A stretch of 64,000 nucleotides of DNA from Octopus vulgaris (Eukaryota), in NCBI GenBank assembly GCA_951406725.2, contig OX597826.1, forward strand, positions 42,656,001 through 42,720,000, written 5' to 3'. The notes under the pieces were generated by a model that was given only the letters and a program-made list of their open reading frames with translations, was not told where the DNA came from and searched no databases. Of the stretch, positions 13,501-28,500 are shown in pieces. The stretch's first letter is position 1, and each line of letters begins with the position of its first letter. The translations under genes were made by a program, and so were the position numbers.

Positions 13501-16500
13501 TTAGGTGAAGAATTTGTAGTAACAGGTTTTACAATATTTATTGGTAAGTCTTGTATTGTCATGCTGACAACCAGTTGCTCTTATCTGTGATCACATGACA
13601 ATTTTTGTTGATGCAGTAGCTGGGTGGAAATTTTGGTGAAGATACTAAACTTTATATTGGGTGTTGGTTGATGTTTATCCATGCCTGCTCTGACTGAGGA
13701 AGTCTTATGAACAAAGGTGGTTCCAACCATGACCATCTCATCTTTTTGTGTATAAAAGATTATGTTGTTGAATGTGTCCTTATCCGTAATCCTTTAGCAT
13801 TTAAATTGGCCATATCTGGCTTCTCACACTTCTGTTACAATGTCATTCTAAAAATAAGCATACACATAATTGAAATATCAAAGCTACAAGATAATACCTG
13901 ATTAATTCAAAACAGTGTGAATGAATAATCATTACATTTGACAGAATAATCATCATCATCATCATCACCATCATCATCGTTGAATGCTAAATTGTTAAGA
14001 TGGTAGGATTTGATTTGAGAAAGATTAGTATTGTTTGTAGCAGATGATGCAACTGTGTAGAGGCTGCAACAATAGTCTGTGACTATATGTGGTGCGTATG
14101 TTGAGATATTGTGTCATGGGATGAAATGGTCTCACCCGGTTACAAAAATATTATCAACTATTAACTTATTGGAATAATCAGCATTACGGTAGCTTTGTAT
14201 TATTCAGGGTGCTTGTTGAAGAATTGACGTCTTTTGTAAATCCTCTCCTCCAGGAATTGTCTGTATGTTTGTAAATCTAATGCATTATGTATAATTTGTG
14301 TTTTTATCCTGATAGGGTCCCACTGAAGAAGATAAAGAACATCGCAAAAAACGATCTCGCAGTTCAAGTCCAAGGGGTGGAAGATCTGGGTAAATATTTA
14401 TTGATTGGCTCTTTCTCTCCTTCTTATCTTCTCTTGCACATACATCTAAAAATAGCTTCAGAGGAGTGCTGGTGATAAAGTCTTAGTAAAACCAAGTCTA
14501 GTCTTAATTTCTACATGAAACTTCTACATATCAACTTGCTCAACTCAGCTGCTGTATTTTCCCCTAAGAAACATTTTGATAAAATGACTATCAATTTCAT
14601 TATTTTGCAAAGGGGAGATGAATTCATGTTGTATCACAGGACTCCAAAAAGAGTTGTTGCCTCTTTCTGCTTGGAAGACAGAGCAACCAAATATCCTTCA
14701 AATCACACGCTGGCATCCTAAAAACAGGATACACTGGATAAAGTAGTTTTAACTATTCAACATCTAAAAATAAAATGGGAAGTTACGGCTGAAATATATT
14801 TGTTTCTAGGTCTGTTCATTGTTGTTTAGCCTCAGATCATATGTCTGACCCAAGGCAAAATAACATCAATAAATCAGCTTGAAATTTCAATATTAAATCA
14901 ATATGGTCGCAGCCAAAATACTGATCACGTGCTGGAAGTTACATCTGAAACTAAGAATTTTGTATATGCATATCTGTATTACTTACCTGGCAGTTGCTTT
15001 CTAAGTATTTGATAAGCTCTGTTTCAACCAAAGGTCTGTTCAAGCAGAGCTGATAAAGCATCATCATAATTGCATAGCAGCAAAATTTAAACCCTGAACC
15101 TAACTTGGTCAGTAGTTGAAAGCTAAAGTCAGATCTGCTGCTTCGATTCTAAGCAAATGTTTAAAAGTTCCATTTCTGACATCTCAGTTGCCATGTCTTC
15201 GTGCTAAGCAGAACATACAATAGCGATGATGGCAGTGGATCTTTATTTACCAAGTGAGGTCCTAACTTCTGTTTAAAAAGGCTTCAAAGAGGAATAGCAT
15301 TGCCAAGATTGTGGTGCAAATGAACTGAATCCAAAGACTCGAGTCTTCTGTAAGATAATAATGCTAATTAACATTATTGTTATTAAGCACAGATGTGGTC
15401 ATATCGTTAAGAGGTTTGCTTTCCAACCACATAGTACCAGGTTCAGTCTCACTGCATTGTATCTTGGGCAAGTATCTTCTACTATAGCCTTGCATCACCC
15501 AAAGTCTAGTGAGTGGATTTGCTAAATTGAAAGAAGGCCATTGTGTGTGTGTGTGTGTGTGTCTCCTTGTCTTGACATCATGTGATAGTTATATATGAGT
15601 GCTGCTATCATACAAGCAGTGTTATTTATTTCCATTGTTCTGCAAGAACATGTCTAGCCACAAGGAAACATTACCTTGCTTGGAAAGGACGGGGGTTAGC
15701 AACAGGAAGAGCATCCAGCCATAGAAAATCTGCTTCAGTAAAATCGGTTCAACCCATGCAAACATGGAAAAGTGGACGTTAAAATGATGATACTGATGTC
15801 TCTAGTGTATAGTCACAATGTTTAGCAGTTATAGGGTTTGAACTTCAAGCTTATCAGCAGTTACCACGTTTTTTTTTTACAATCTTTTTTTCTTTTCTTT
15901 TTTTTTTTAATTTCCACTTGGCTAAAAATTAGAATTGATATTTTGTGTTTATTATTATGTTTTACTACTATTTATATCTTCGCTCTTCTTGCAGAGATGA
16001 TCGCAGGCGTCGGCACGATGACAGGCGCTTCAACAGACGACGTAGTAGGGAGCGATCTCGTTCTAAAAGCCCGCAGGGGAAGTCCCGGGAGAGACTCCGT
16101 CCAAGTAGAGATTTAAACAGAGATAGGGATCGTTCACGAAGTCCGGTAACAAGGTCATTTGGTGTTCGCTCACGTTCCCGGTCCTGGTCACCAACACGTT
16201 CCCGATCTCGTTCGCGGTCACGAGGTAACTTTTTCTTTCTCATCAATGTTCTCACAAATTATTTTGAAGTGCCTAAGATGAGTAATGGTTATATAGTTTA
16301 TTATTAAGGTAGCGAGCTGATTGAATCATTAGCATGTTGGATAAAATGCTTAGTGGTATTTCTTCTGGCTTTATATTCTGAGTTCAAATGCTACTAAAAT
16401 CAATGTTGCCTTTCATCTTTTCAGACTTGATAAAATAAATTCTGATTGAGCATTGGGGTTGATGTAATTGACTAACCCCATCCCCTACAATTGCTGGCCT

Positions 16501-19500
16501 TGTGCCAAAATTTCAAACCATTATTATTTTTTATAAAAGCATGGTAGATTGGTAGAATTATTAGAACATAGGACAAAATGTGTTGCAGTATTTCTATTGA
16601 CTCTTTACATTCTGAGTTCAAATCCCTCCAAGGTCAACTCTTTCTGGGGTTGAGATGATAAAATACCGATCTTGGAATTGTTATTATTGGCAGGATTATT
16701 AAAGCTTTGGGCAAAATACTTTGTGGTATTTAGTGGCGTCATTTTATGCCTGGAGTTCAAATTACATCACAGGTGCGGTGCCAGTTAAGCATTGTGGTTG
16801 ATTTAGTTGACTAACTCTTTACTGCTAAATTTCTAGTCTTGTGCTTGTTAGAAACAATGGCAAAATTGGTTGTGAATCAAACAAAATAATTTGCTGTATT
16901 TGATTATGTTCCTTTTGATTCTGAGTTCTCATCGTGCTGGGTCTAACTTTGCCTTTCATTCTTCTATGGTCAGTAAAAAATGCCAAGTTGTGGAGTTAAC
17001 TGTAGTGCAATGCACATTGCACATCAGAACTGTAGTGCAATGTCTTTCTCTCACAATATCTCAGAACTGTGAACATAGAGTCTGTCTTGCCCCCTCTACT
17101 CCCACTTTACCACCAAAACAGTAACAATAGTCTGTTTCTCTCAAGCAGTATTTCAGAACTCAAAGTTTATCTTTTCATCCCACTCCCAATGTTTCAAAGT
17201 TGTAACACAATATCTGTCTGTCTGTCTCTCTATCTCTCTCTTAATACTCCAGAACTGTAACACTGTTTGTCAAACCACTACCTGTCTACTATGTGTTTCC
17301 ATCAAGTGTCTAACTGTGACCTGAAATTAACCAAACTAATTTCTGTATTTTGTAACTGGTTGTAAGTAGGTTGCTTACCAACCACATGGTTCCGGGTTCA
17401 GTCCCACTGTGTGGCACCTTGGGCAAGTGTCTTCAACTATAGCCTCGGGCTGACCAAAGCCTTGTGAGTGGATTTGGTAGAAACTGAAAGAAGCCCGTCG
17501 TATGTCTGTGTCAGTCCCTCCACCATCGCTTGACAACCGATGTTGGTGTGTTCACGTCCCCGTAACTTAGCGGTTCGACAAAAAGAGACTAATAGAATAA
17601 GTACCAGGCTTATAAAGAATAAGTCCTGGGGGTTGATTTGTTTGACTAAAGGCAGTGTTCCAGCATGGCCACAGTCAAATGACTGAAACAAATAAAAGAA
17701 TAAGCTCTATAGCTCCTTCTGCTTCTTCTTAGAAACAAAAGCATACAAAAAAACCCAATAAAATTAAGAAATAATAAAAGATAAATACTATTACAACAAA
17801 ATGTTAATAATAATGAAGCCAATATTAAATCTGTTAAAATTATTTAAACCAAAATTGAAAATGCTAAAATCTTAAAGGAAAAGAAAACTCAAGAAAACAC
17901 TTATAAAAAAAAAAGCAAAACAAGACAAACATTTGTTTGACATTTACCTTTCAGGATGTAAAGATGCTGACAGCAGAGGTTCGACTCCTTTACAAGACAA
18001 TAATACTTATAATGTGGGACCACCTAATGTTCAAGTGCCAAGTTCAAGTTCAGTGTCTACTGTCAGCAGTGCTATATCTGTTGTCTCTCATTGGGACACG
18101 AACCGCAACACTCCTGTTGCTACTCCTTCTGATGGACCGCCTTCATCGGCACCACCTCTAAATATCGGAAGCAACCGTCCACGGTGCAGAGACTATGATG
18201 GTAAGCAGTGACTTTTTTAAAAACATTTTCTTGTTAATTGAGCTTTTATACTATAATAGGGTATTTAATTTGATTTGCACCTCACTTAAACATGAATGTA
18301 AGATGATCAAAGACACAAGTTACATGTTTTATCTCCCTAAGTTTGGCTTATTTCGTTATTTTGATTCATCATCATTTTTAATATCCAATTTTTCTTTGCT
18401 TGTATGGGTCAGATGGAATTTATTAAGTTAGATTTTCTCTGGCCAAACACCCTTACTGGTTGCCACCCCTCACCTATGGCAAAAGCAAGACAACACTCCT
18501 TCACGACTGGACATGTTTGTTTGGCAGTTGTGAAACAAAGGCCAAAGATTCCACTTGTAAGACAGTAACATTTGCTTACATCTAGCACACAATGTCAAAA
18601 CAAGGAAAAACACCCACATATGTATATGCATGACATTCTTCTTTCAGTTTTTCCACCAAGTCTACTTGGAAGGCTTTGGTCTGCTGGCTATAGAAGACAC
18701 TTGCCCAAGGTGCCATATAATGGAATTGAACCTGAAATCACATGGTTGGGAAACCAACTTAATCATGCTGCCATGTGTTTCTCTAAAAAGAGATGTTGCT
18801 ATATAGTCATTTGTTATCTTGTTAGTTTCATAATCTTTGACTCTTATTTCTAGCTATGCTCGTGCTCCCTGCACCTTTCATCACTTTTTTGTGATGGTGA
18901 ATTATTTCCTTTTTGGTTTTGAATTTTGTCTACCCACCTTTATTTTATTTTTTCAATTGGATGAACTAAAAGTCAAAGATACGGGATAAATCAACTTACT
19001 ATAAAAGCAGGTAGTAATTTTACCCTGTCCTTATTCATAGTGCATGTTTTGAAGAGTGCAGTATGATTTTAACAGTTATTTTTTCAAAGTTATAATGGAA
19101 GTGACAAAGGAGCATGTTCGGCATATTTCCTTTATGGGTTCAATAAAGGTAACAGTGCAATCGAAAGTGCAAGGAATATTAATGCAGTATATGGGGATCA
19201 GACAATAAGCGTAATCCAGTGTCTGTGGTGGTTCCAGAAATTCCGAGCTGGAAACTACAACCAAGAACTCAAGCCTCATCCTGGAAGATCTGTAGAGCTC
19301 GATGAGGCCATCATGCAAGCCCTGGTGGAACAAAATCCCATCATAACTGTTGAGGAACTAGCAAAAAAGCTTGGATTTGACCATTCAACCATTCATCGGC
19401 ACCTGCATGCCATCGGAAAAGTCAACAAATTGGATCACTGTGTTCTTCAAAAATTTTCTGAGTCTAATCACCCGCAGAGAGTGAATGTGTGCTCTTCTTT

Positions 19501-22500
19501 GCTATCATGTCTCACAAATGAACCTTTTTTTGGACCGAACGGTGACTGGTGATGAGAAACAGGTTCTCTATAAAAATGTTAAGCGCTGAAGACAATGAAT
19601 AAGGAAAGGAGAAACACAGGCATCCCAGGTTAAAGAAGGTCTTCACCCACGTAAGGTGTTGTTATCTGTTTGGTGGGATATGAAAGGTTTAGTTCACTTT
19701 GAACTTTTAAACCCAAACCAAACAATAACAAAGATTTACTGTGAGCAGCTTGAGTGGCTTAAGTCAACACTAGAAGAAAACGACCATCTTTGGTTTGAAG
19801 ACAAAAGGTGTTTTTCCACATGTGGTGTTTGGCCACATACAGTGAGGATGACATTCCAAAGGCTGAAACAGTTTGAATGGGAAACGATGCCTCACCCACC
19901 ATTTTTGCCATACATTGCTCCATCTGATTATGATCTATTCCGCAGTCTTCAAAATCATTTGGATGGCAAAATATGAAGTCTGTAGATAAGGTTAGAACAG
20001 TACTGGAAGAGTATTTTTCATCACAGACAAGTGAATTTTGGAAGAGGGGCCTTGCAAGTTTATCAGATAGATGGAAGAGCATTGTAGAAAATGAAGGAGA
20101 GTATATTTTAGATTGAAAAAGAACTTTGTTTATCTTAATCGTGAAAAATAAAAAAAAGTATAAAAAACACATTATTTATGGGATGACCCAATATATATCA
20201 TCATCATTTAACGTCTGTCTTCCATGCTGGTATGGGTTGGACAGTTTGACAGAGCTGGCCAGGTAGAAGACTACATCAGGCTACTGTGTCTGTTTTGGCA
20301 TGGTTTTATTACTGGATGCCCTTCTTAACACCAACCATCCCGTAGAGTGGGCAGTGCTTTTTACATGGTGCCAGCACAGGCGAGGTCAGTTTTAGCATGG
20401 CTTTTACAGCTGGATGCCCTTCCAAATGACAACCAGTTCATAGTGTGGACTGGATGCTTTTTACTCGGCACCAGCACTGACAGGGTCACCAAGTAACTTG
20501 CAAGAGAAGGAATTTTGAGAGGAGAGGGGGCATTAGATGAGGTGATCTTGTGTCAGATGATGAAAGATTATGTGCGTATGTAATGTATATTTTTGGTTGT
20601 CCAAACAGGCGAAAAAGTACTCAATTACTTGTGGAGTTTATTTGTTTAAAGCTGATAATCGACTACAACTTCACAGTATCTAACTCTGTGTGTGTGTACT
20701 CTTGTCTTGATATCATGGGATAGTTGTAAATGAGTTTCACTGTCATGCAAGCAATGTTGTTCATTTTCAGTCTTCCGTGAAAAACGTGTCTGGCTATGGG
20801 GAAATGTTATCTTGCTTGGAAATGGGCAAAGTTTGGTGACAGGAAGAGCATTCAGTCATAGAAAATCTACCTCAACAAATTCTGTCTGAGCCATGCCAAC
20901 ATGGAAGAGTGGACATTAAATGATGATCAAAGAATATTACATTTTAAAAAGTAGGTGTAGGGAAGCAATTACAGCAAGGAAAACATATTGCTATTCAAAA
21001 ATACTCAAAATCTGTTATCTTCACTTTCACTTCACAGTCATTTGTTTGGTGTCAAAGTTTTCGTTGCACTAGCTGTTATCTGGTCAATGACACTAGTTAA
21101 CAGGTCTTTGTATGTTTTTGAATGGCCAATATGGTCTTCTGTATGATTTTGAATGGCTAATATGGTCTTCTGTGCTATAATTGCTTTATTTTCAACACGT
21201 AGTCACAGATCAAATCACTTGCTAGACAATACATTTCTGAAACATTGGTAGTATTTTCACAAGAGTACTTTTGACAAAGTATCTTTGCAAATTATTGGTT
21301 TCTAGACATTCTCCCCTTTTTCTATTTCACTCACTTTTCCTCTGGTTACCTCATTCATTCTGATTTTGTTGTAGATTCTTCCTTTTTCTTTCTCGCTCTC
21401 TTTCAATTTATTGATTAGATAGATATTTCCATGAGGTTACATGAATTCCTATAAAATGTATGTAAATATTTGTTTTACTTTATTTCACCAGAGAAAGGCT
21501 ACTGCATGCGTGGTGATCTCTGTCCATATGACCATGGATTGGACCCTGTGATAGTTGAAGATGTGAATTTACCAAATGTTTTATCTTTTCCTCATGGTCA
21601 TGGTATGTTGATTCGAGTATTTTCCTTTACTTCCACCATTTTCTGCATTTCTTTGTCATAATTGTAAAGATAAAGGAGTTTATAATACAAACCACATTGG
21701 TCAAGAGTTCAAAATTTACAAAATCTGTTAAATCTACTTACTGTATTTGATGGTATACAAGACAGTTTCCCCTTCACCCCACAAATGTCTCAAAAAAAAA
21801 TCATCCTGGATTTTGTAAGTGAAGTTGGGCCTATATTTCTTGCTTTAATGCACTAAAACCTTTTTTCCTTGAATATGCACTATTGAAACTAGTGTGCATT
21901 GTTTATCTCATTAAATATGATAGCTGACTAACAGATTCCACTCCAATTTAACACAGATTAGTGATTAGTGAGACTTTGGAAAGCATTGAATTTCGATTGT
22001 TAGGGTCATTATGTTCTGCAGAGCATAGTTACTCTGTTTGAATCAGTACACCTGATTCATTGACTCTGCTTATATACTATGTGGATATATAGTGAACTAC
22101 CTGGAAAAATACAAAATGTCTTAAGTTTTCTATATAAACTTCATATGTTTCATCCATGGTAGACAAATAAGTGTCCAGAGTGGCCTGATATATTCACTGT
22201 GAAAAAATTAGAGTGCTGAGTGTGAGCTTTGCTAGCTTGCATACATTAGGAAAAATTAAAATTTCAGTTGCTTGTTCCTTGCAATCTCTTTCAACATATA
22301 TAACTGAAAAGAAATCATTATTGTTATAATTGTCTGAGAGTTAAGTTTTAAATTTGCATATGTATTCAAATTTCAGAACAAAAACTATGAAATTAAATAG
22401 AAAGCAAGCTGTTGGTTTATTTTCTTCTTGGTAGCCAATTAGATTAAAATGCTAATGTAGTGTTAATAGTAATTATTCTGGAGAATATTTAATTGGAAGA

Positions 22501-25500
22501 TATTAAAAACCCATTGAGCTAAATGTTATGTTATGTTCATTTGTTATTTTAATTTTTTTTAGGGCCACCTTCTACTCATGGTGCTCCTGGGTTCATAGGA
22601 CCCAGAATACCTCCACTTGGGCCTCCACATATGCCCCAAATAGGACCCAGAGGTCCACCACCAAGACCCGCGAGACCAGGTAAGGCCGAGTTGTTAATAA
22701 AATTATGTACGTTGGACTGAAAATATTACTGTTGGCTTAGCCTTATTTGAAGGTGATCAGGAAGTGAAAGTTAATTTGGATTTAAGCATTTATAGTTTAT
22801 TAAAAACTGTCAGAAATCTGCATGTGTACCAGAACTGATATATTGTGAAACATCAACTGCTGGCTTAACCCTATAGTATGAAAATAATATTGGATTGTGG
22901 CTGTGTGTCACTTTGGAAACTATATATTTCAAAAAAAGAATTTAGCAGTGCCACCTCTAGCCGAACACTTATTCTGTGCTGATGAAGGGAAATAACCTAG
23001 AAATCGCGATACTCAGATATTGTTTTGTGCTGAGTGGGGATGCTAAACTCCCTTGTTCGCAAATATAAGTTCACAGATAGCCAGCTGGAGACGATGTTTC
23101 CTGGGGCTAAATAAATAGCAGTAGCATTTACACTAACCAGGACTACCATGTTTTTTTTGGAAAATAATCTTTATGTAAATAGTGAATATACAGAAAAATC
23201 ATTTGGAGGTCCTTTTCAGCTTATTTAAGAGAAAGGAGTAAGTTTGACATGAAAAAAAAATATATATGTGTGTTGGTGTATGTATATAAAAATTGTACAA
23301 AACAAGAATATAGCTAGAAAGGATTTATTCATAACCTCTTCAAATGTAAAAAATTTTTTAGAGTTGATTCAGGCTTTGGGTTTTTGAGAGTACAGTACTT
23401 GAAGCATTAATTATTATCAACTGTTTTCTTTTCTTTATTCCTTCCCATTTTTAACTGTTTTTCTCCAATCTAAAAAGCACTTTTGTTACTTGTATTATAA
23501 ATATTCATTCCTGCAATGTGATAGCATCTGTTAACGAACCAGAAAAAAATTTTTTTTAAAAACCTACACATTCATATACATGCACACACACTTATATACA
23601 TCTGTGTATAAGGCAAGTACTTTCAGCCAGCTATACTTTTAAAATCTTCATTAGTTACTGAAATCCCTTTTGTTTGTATACACTATATTTTATCATCATC
23701 CTCATCATCATGTTGGCTTTCCATGCAGGCATGGATTGAATGGTTGTCAAGAGCTGGCAAGTCAAGTCAGAGTACTGTGCCAGGCTCTACTGTCTGCTTT
23801 AGCATGGTTTTTATGGTTGGATGCCCTTCATAAAACCAACCACTCTACAATGTTTATCGAGTGCTTTTCATGTGGCACCAGCAAGGTCACCTAGTAACTT
23901 GCAAGACAAAAACCCCTCAACTAAAGAAATGTAGTTTTGAGGGAGGTAGCTTTGTGCCAGGTGATGAGAAGTATAATAAAGGGACAAAAACAGGTGTCTT
24001 ACTGTGGAAGAGAAACATGGCTACCCCAGTTTAAAAAGACAGGATATGGAGAGAGATGGTTGTGAAGATGTATTATAATTTTATGAATGTTTTATTTTGT
24101 GTATTATAATTTTAAGTACAATATATTTTATGCATTATGATTTTAAGTACATTTCATTTTATATATCTTAGGGTGGGCAGAAGAATTGATTACCTTTAAC
24201 AAATATCCACTTTTTTTTTTTTACTTTTTTTACAACTTCACTACTGTACTGCAAATATTTACAGTCAATTACATTCATTCAAGTTTTGCAATAATACATA
24301 GCCCTCCTGTGTAATCTGTACTTAGCTTTGAAAATGGCTCTCAGGATTAAATTATTTTCAGATACTCAGACTAGATGTCCAATATTGTAGAATTGTAGAA
24401 AACACCCCCAAGATAATCAAATATGTTGTCTGTCCTGTTACATATATTGATAATCTGTTTCCATTTTTGTTTTCCAATTTCAAGTCGAGTCTTACCAACC
24501 TGAGGGTTATAACCCTGAAGCTCCTGCTATTAATCCTCCTAGACCATCATTTTGGGTTGGCCCAAGAGGTGCCCCTCGTCCAAACCAACCTTTTTATTTA
24601 CAGCCACCAAGACAGAGAGATCTTGTCAGTGTTCCGACAATTCCTGATATCTCAAAGCCACAAAGTTAGTAGAATCATTTTATTGTATTTTAGTTGTTGT
24701 TGTTGTTTAGCTTGTGGACAGCCGTGATTTAGGCTGCATAAGATCCAAAGACATTCCCACTGTGCTCATTTCGTTATATAAAAGCACTACTTGGTGTTCC
24801 CATTAACCATTTCATTGCCGTTATTGCTGGCTGAAATGTGTTTCAATTAAATTCTAAAATAATTTTGGATTAAGACTAGTTTTGTAAATTTAAATATATT
24901 GATGTATTTTTTAGAACACATCTTAACAGAAGGGTTCTTAGATTAAATCTATTATGGAATTTTTGTTAATAAAACTACTTCAGTTACTAGTAACAATAGC
25001 CTAATTAGTGACAAAAAAAGGTGGCGAGCTGGCAGTATTTCATCTGTCTGTATGTTCTGAGTTCAAATTCTGCCGAGGTCGAGTTTGCCGTTTATCCTTT
25101 TGGAGTTGATAAAGTACCTGTTGCGTACTGGGGTTGATCTAATTGACTGGACCCCCTCCCCACAAATTTTGGGCCTTGTGCCTAGAATAGGAAAAAAAAA
25201 CAAATTAGTGACAAAAAAGATAGATGAAAATTATACTGAGGCTTGTCATATGTCATCATCACTATCATCATCATACGTCTGTTTTCCATGCTCACATAAG
25301 TTAGATGAGTGGGGAGAGGTGGCTTTATGCCAGGTGTTGAGAGATTAAAGTATGGGGATATATTGCCAGTCTGTGTGTGTGTCTTCCCCTTATTTTGACA
25401 TTTACATACTAATTGTAATCAGTCAAAATTCAAACAAGGGGTGTTGTTTGTGTGCAATCTTGCTTAAAAACATGTCTGGCCATTGAGCTGTTTGTTGTGC

Positions 25501-28500
25501 AAAGGATTAGGAGAAATATTACTTACCTGGAAATAAGTAAGGGTTGGTGACATGAAGAGCATCCAGCCTAAGAAACCTACCTTAACAAGCTTTGTTTGAC
25601 CATTGCAAGCATAGAAAAGTGAACATTAGGATGGTGAGGATGATGATGTGGAATACCATTGAAATTAAGTTGGGAAAAGGGCAAATTCTGAATGTACAAA
25701 TTTTAAACCATAACAGGTGTTTTTTACCTAATGAAATCCCATATTCTTGATTACTCTTTGATACAATTTACATTGGTATTTTCATTGAAATATGAATAGA
25801 AAAGTGTAGGTACTTTCATAACAAAAAAAAAAAAAAAATCCAAGAGTGGTTTTGAGTGATTTGGTAACAAAATAATTGACTGTTTTTTTTTGTTTTTATC
25901 ATGATAAAAGCCAATATAAAATTTGTATAATGAATTATTTTTCTGTCTTTCTTTCTAGATTTAGATAACAAGTCTTGTAATGTATCGGCTCCAGAGACTA
26001 ATCGAACTGTGATCCCACCTAAACGAGACTTCATGTCTTCCAATAATGCTCACAAGCACCATTCTCCATCACAAATGCATCATTATCAGCAAAATAAAAA
26101 TACCCAACCAAATCCCCCAGGTTTGCTATTTTTCTAAATGCCATATTTTTTAATTGAGACTGAATTGACAGAGTTGTTAAGTTTGGACAAAATGCATAGC
26201 AGTATTTAAATATGGCCCTTTAGTTTCTGTGTTCAGATTCAGCCAAGATGGTCTTTGTCTTCATCCCGTCAGGGTTGATAAAATAAAGTACTGGTCAAAT
26301 ACTAGGGCCACTTTATTCAAGTAATCCCATCCCTCCAGTTTTGTGGCCTTGTGGCAGAATTGACGTACAAAATACCATATATTATTTACGTAGTGTGTTT
26401 GAATCCCTCCAAGGACAACTTTTGTTTTGCAGTCAATTTAGCCGATTACAATTAAGTTCCCTGCTATCAATTCACTATGAAGAAAGTTTACCGAGAAAAT
26501 ATATCCATAGTATCTCACCATTTATAGTTAAAAACTATTTTATTTAAAAAAAAAAATGAGGAATTGATGTCTGTGAACTTGCCCTGTGATGAATTGATGA
26601 TAGTGAACTTATCAGACATGATCCAACCAAATAATGGGGTTGATACAATTGACTGAACTCCTCTCCAATATTTGTTGCATTGCACCTATGTAAGAAATGA
26701 TGACTTAGGTTTTTCCTCTGAGTGATTGCTGCTAACTTATGTTTGTTCCTTTAGTTGTGGTTGAACCGTGTTGAGTAGGTGTCTGTGCATATATGTGCAT
26801 ACATGCACACGAAGAATATCTGTATCATCATCATCTTTTGCAATGCTTTGGGCTCTTCATTTAATCTTGTTGCTTGAGATAGATAGCAAATACCAGATTT
26901 TACGAGGTAGTCATTAGGTTACCTAAGAGTATATATATATAAACTTAAATGTTGAAGTGAATCGAACGGCTTTTGTGTGTTTCTTAAATGGCTTATAAAC
27001 ACCTTCCACGCTGCAATTGTTTTCGTTTCAGCACACGATCTCAGATCAAATTACTTGCTATGCGAGTACATCTCCGTAATATATATATATATATTTATAA
27101 TTAAAGAGGAATGTAAAAATATATTATGAAGGATAAGCTATGGACACATAAGAGGTGCAGCAATATCAAAGGAAGGCTACGTGGGAAGATAGTTTTTGTA
27201 TGTGGCAGATGCTCAGGAGCAATAAACACTGAAAAAGTGCAGAGAACAACATCTGCCACATTCCAGGGAGAAAAACTAGAAGTAGTTGACAGCTTCTGTT
27301 AGTAGTGGGGGCGGATGCTCCGAAAGCGTAGCTGCTAGAATATGAATAGCCTGGGCAAAGTTCAGAGAGTTCCTACCTCTGCTGGTGACAAAAGGCCTCT
27401 TAATCAGAGTAAAAGGTAAACTATAACGCATGTGTATGAACAGCCATGCTACATGGCAGTGAAACATGGGCCGTGACTGCTGAGGACATGTGTAAGCTTG
27501 CAAGGAATGAAGCCAGTATTCTCTGCTGGATGTGTAATGTCAGTGTATCAGAGTGTAAGTTGATTCTATCGACCCCCAGTACTTAACTGATAGTAATTAT
27601 ATCAACCCCCAAAAGGATGAAAGGCAAAGTCGACCTCGGTGGAATTCGAACTCAAAACCTAATGGCAGACGAAATGCTGCTAAGCATTTTGCCCATCATG
27701 CTAACAATTCTGCCAGCTTGCCACCTTAATATCTAATATAATTTAATAAATGTGAATGTCTGTGTGTTACACTTTTTCAACTTTACTCCTAGAGGCTGTA
27801 GCCCAACATATACCATTTTGGAATCAGGCTGACTGTGAGGAAATTAAAACCATTCCGGGCCGAATCCCGACCCACAATCTCGAAATTTTGGATTGTCAAG
27901 TTTTTTCATTACTGTGATTGTTTTCGGCAATTTTTTTTACATGACTTTTTGCAACAAATTTTTTTGTACAATAACAATTTTTATAATCTAAAGGCTAACT
28001 TTGTGAGTAAATTAAAAACATTCAGTCCGAATCCAGGCTTGCACACCTGAAATTTTGGATTCCTATGTTTTCATTACTATGATTGTTTTTGGCAATTTTT
28101 TTTGTGATGAATATGATCATCATTTGGATATGACTCTGGAGGAAGCAATTACTATAAATTCTCCTGAACAAGTCAGAAATTTTGTTTGCAGATCTTCCCA
28201 TTCGGGGTCAGTTGCTTAAAAGCCAGTTATGAATAAATCAGAATTATACTGGAGAGGGTTGCAAAAACCCTTGCATTTCTAGAAATAGCAGTCAAAACCA
28301 CAATAAAGCACTCATATTCTATCTCTTCACAATAAAACTGTTGGTGGGCAACATGACATAAAATTCAAAACTTGAGAATAAAAGATTAATTTTCTATTGC
28401 AATTTACAAGTTTTTGCAATCCTTTCCATTATAATTGTGATTTATTCATAATTATACACACTTTATATACATAGATATAAATACAGGGTAAAAATTATTA

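Noticed and set aside
15968-16255. Antisense ORF (95 aa, RE/RD-rich)
   Set aside because: It is the reverse complement of the RS-rich exon 5; such codons rarely give antisense stops.
19095-20115. Domesticated or active mariner transposase
   Set aside because: Multiple frameshifts and stop codons; 5' TIR lost.
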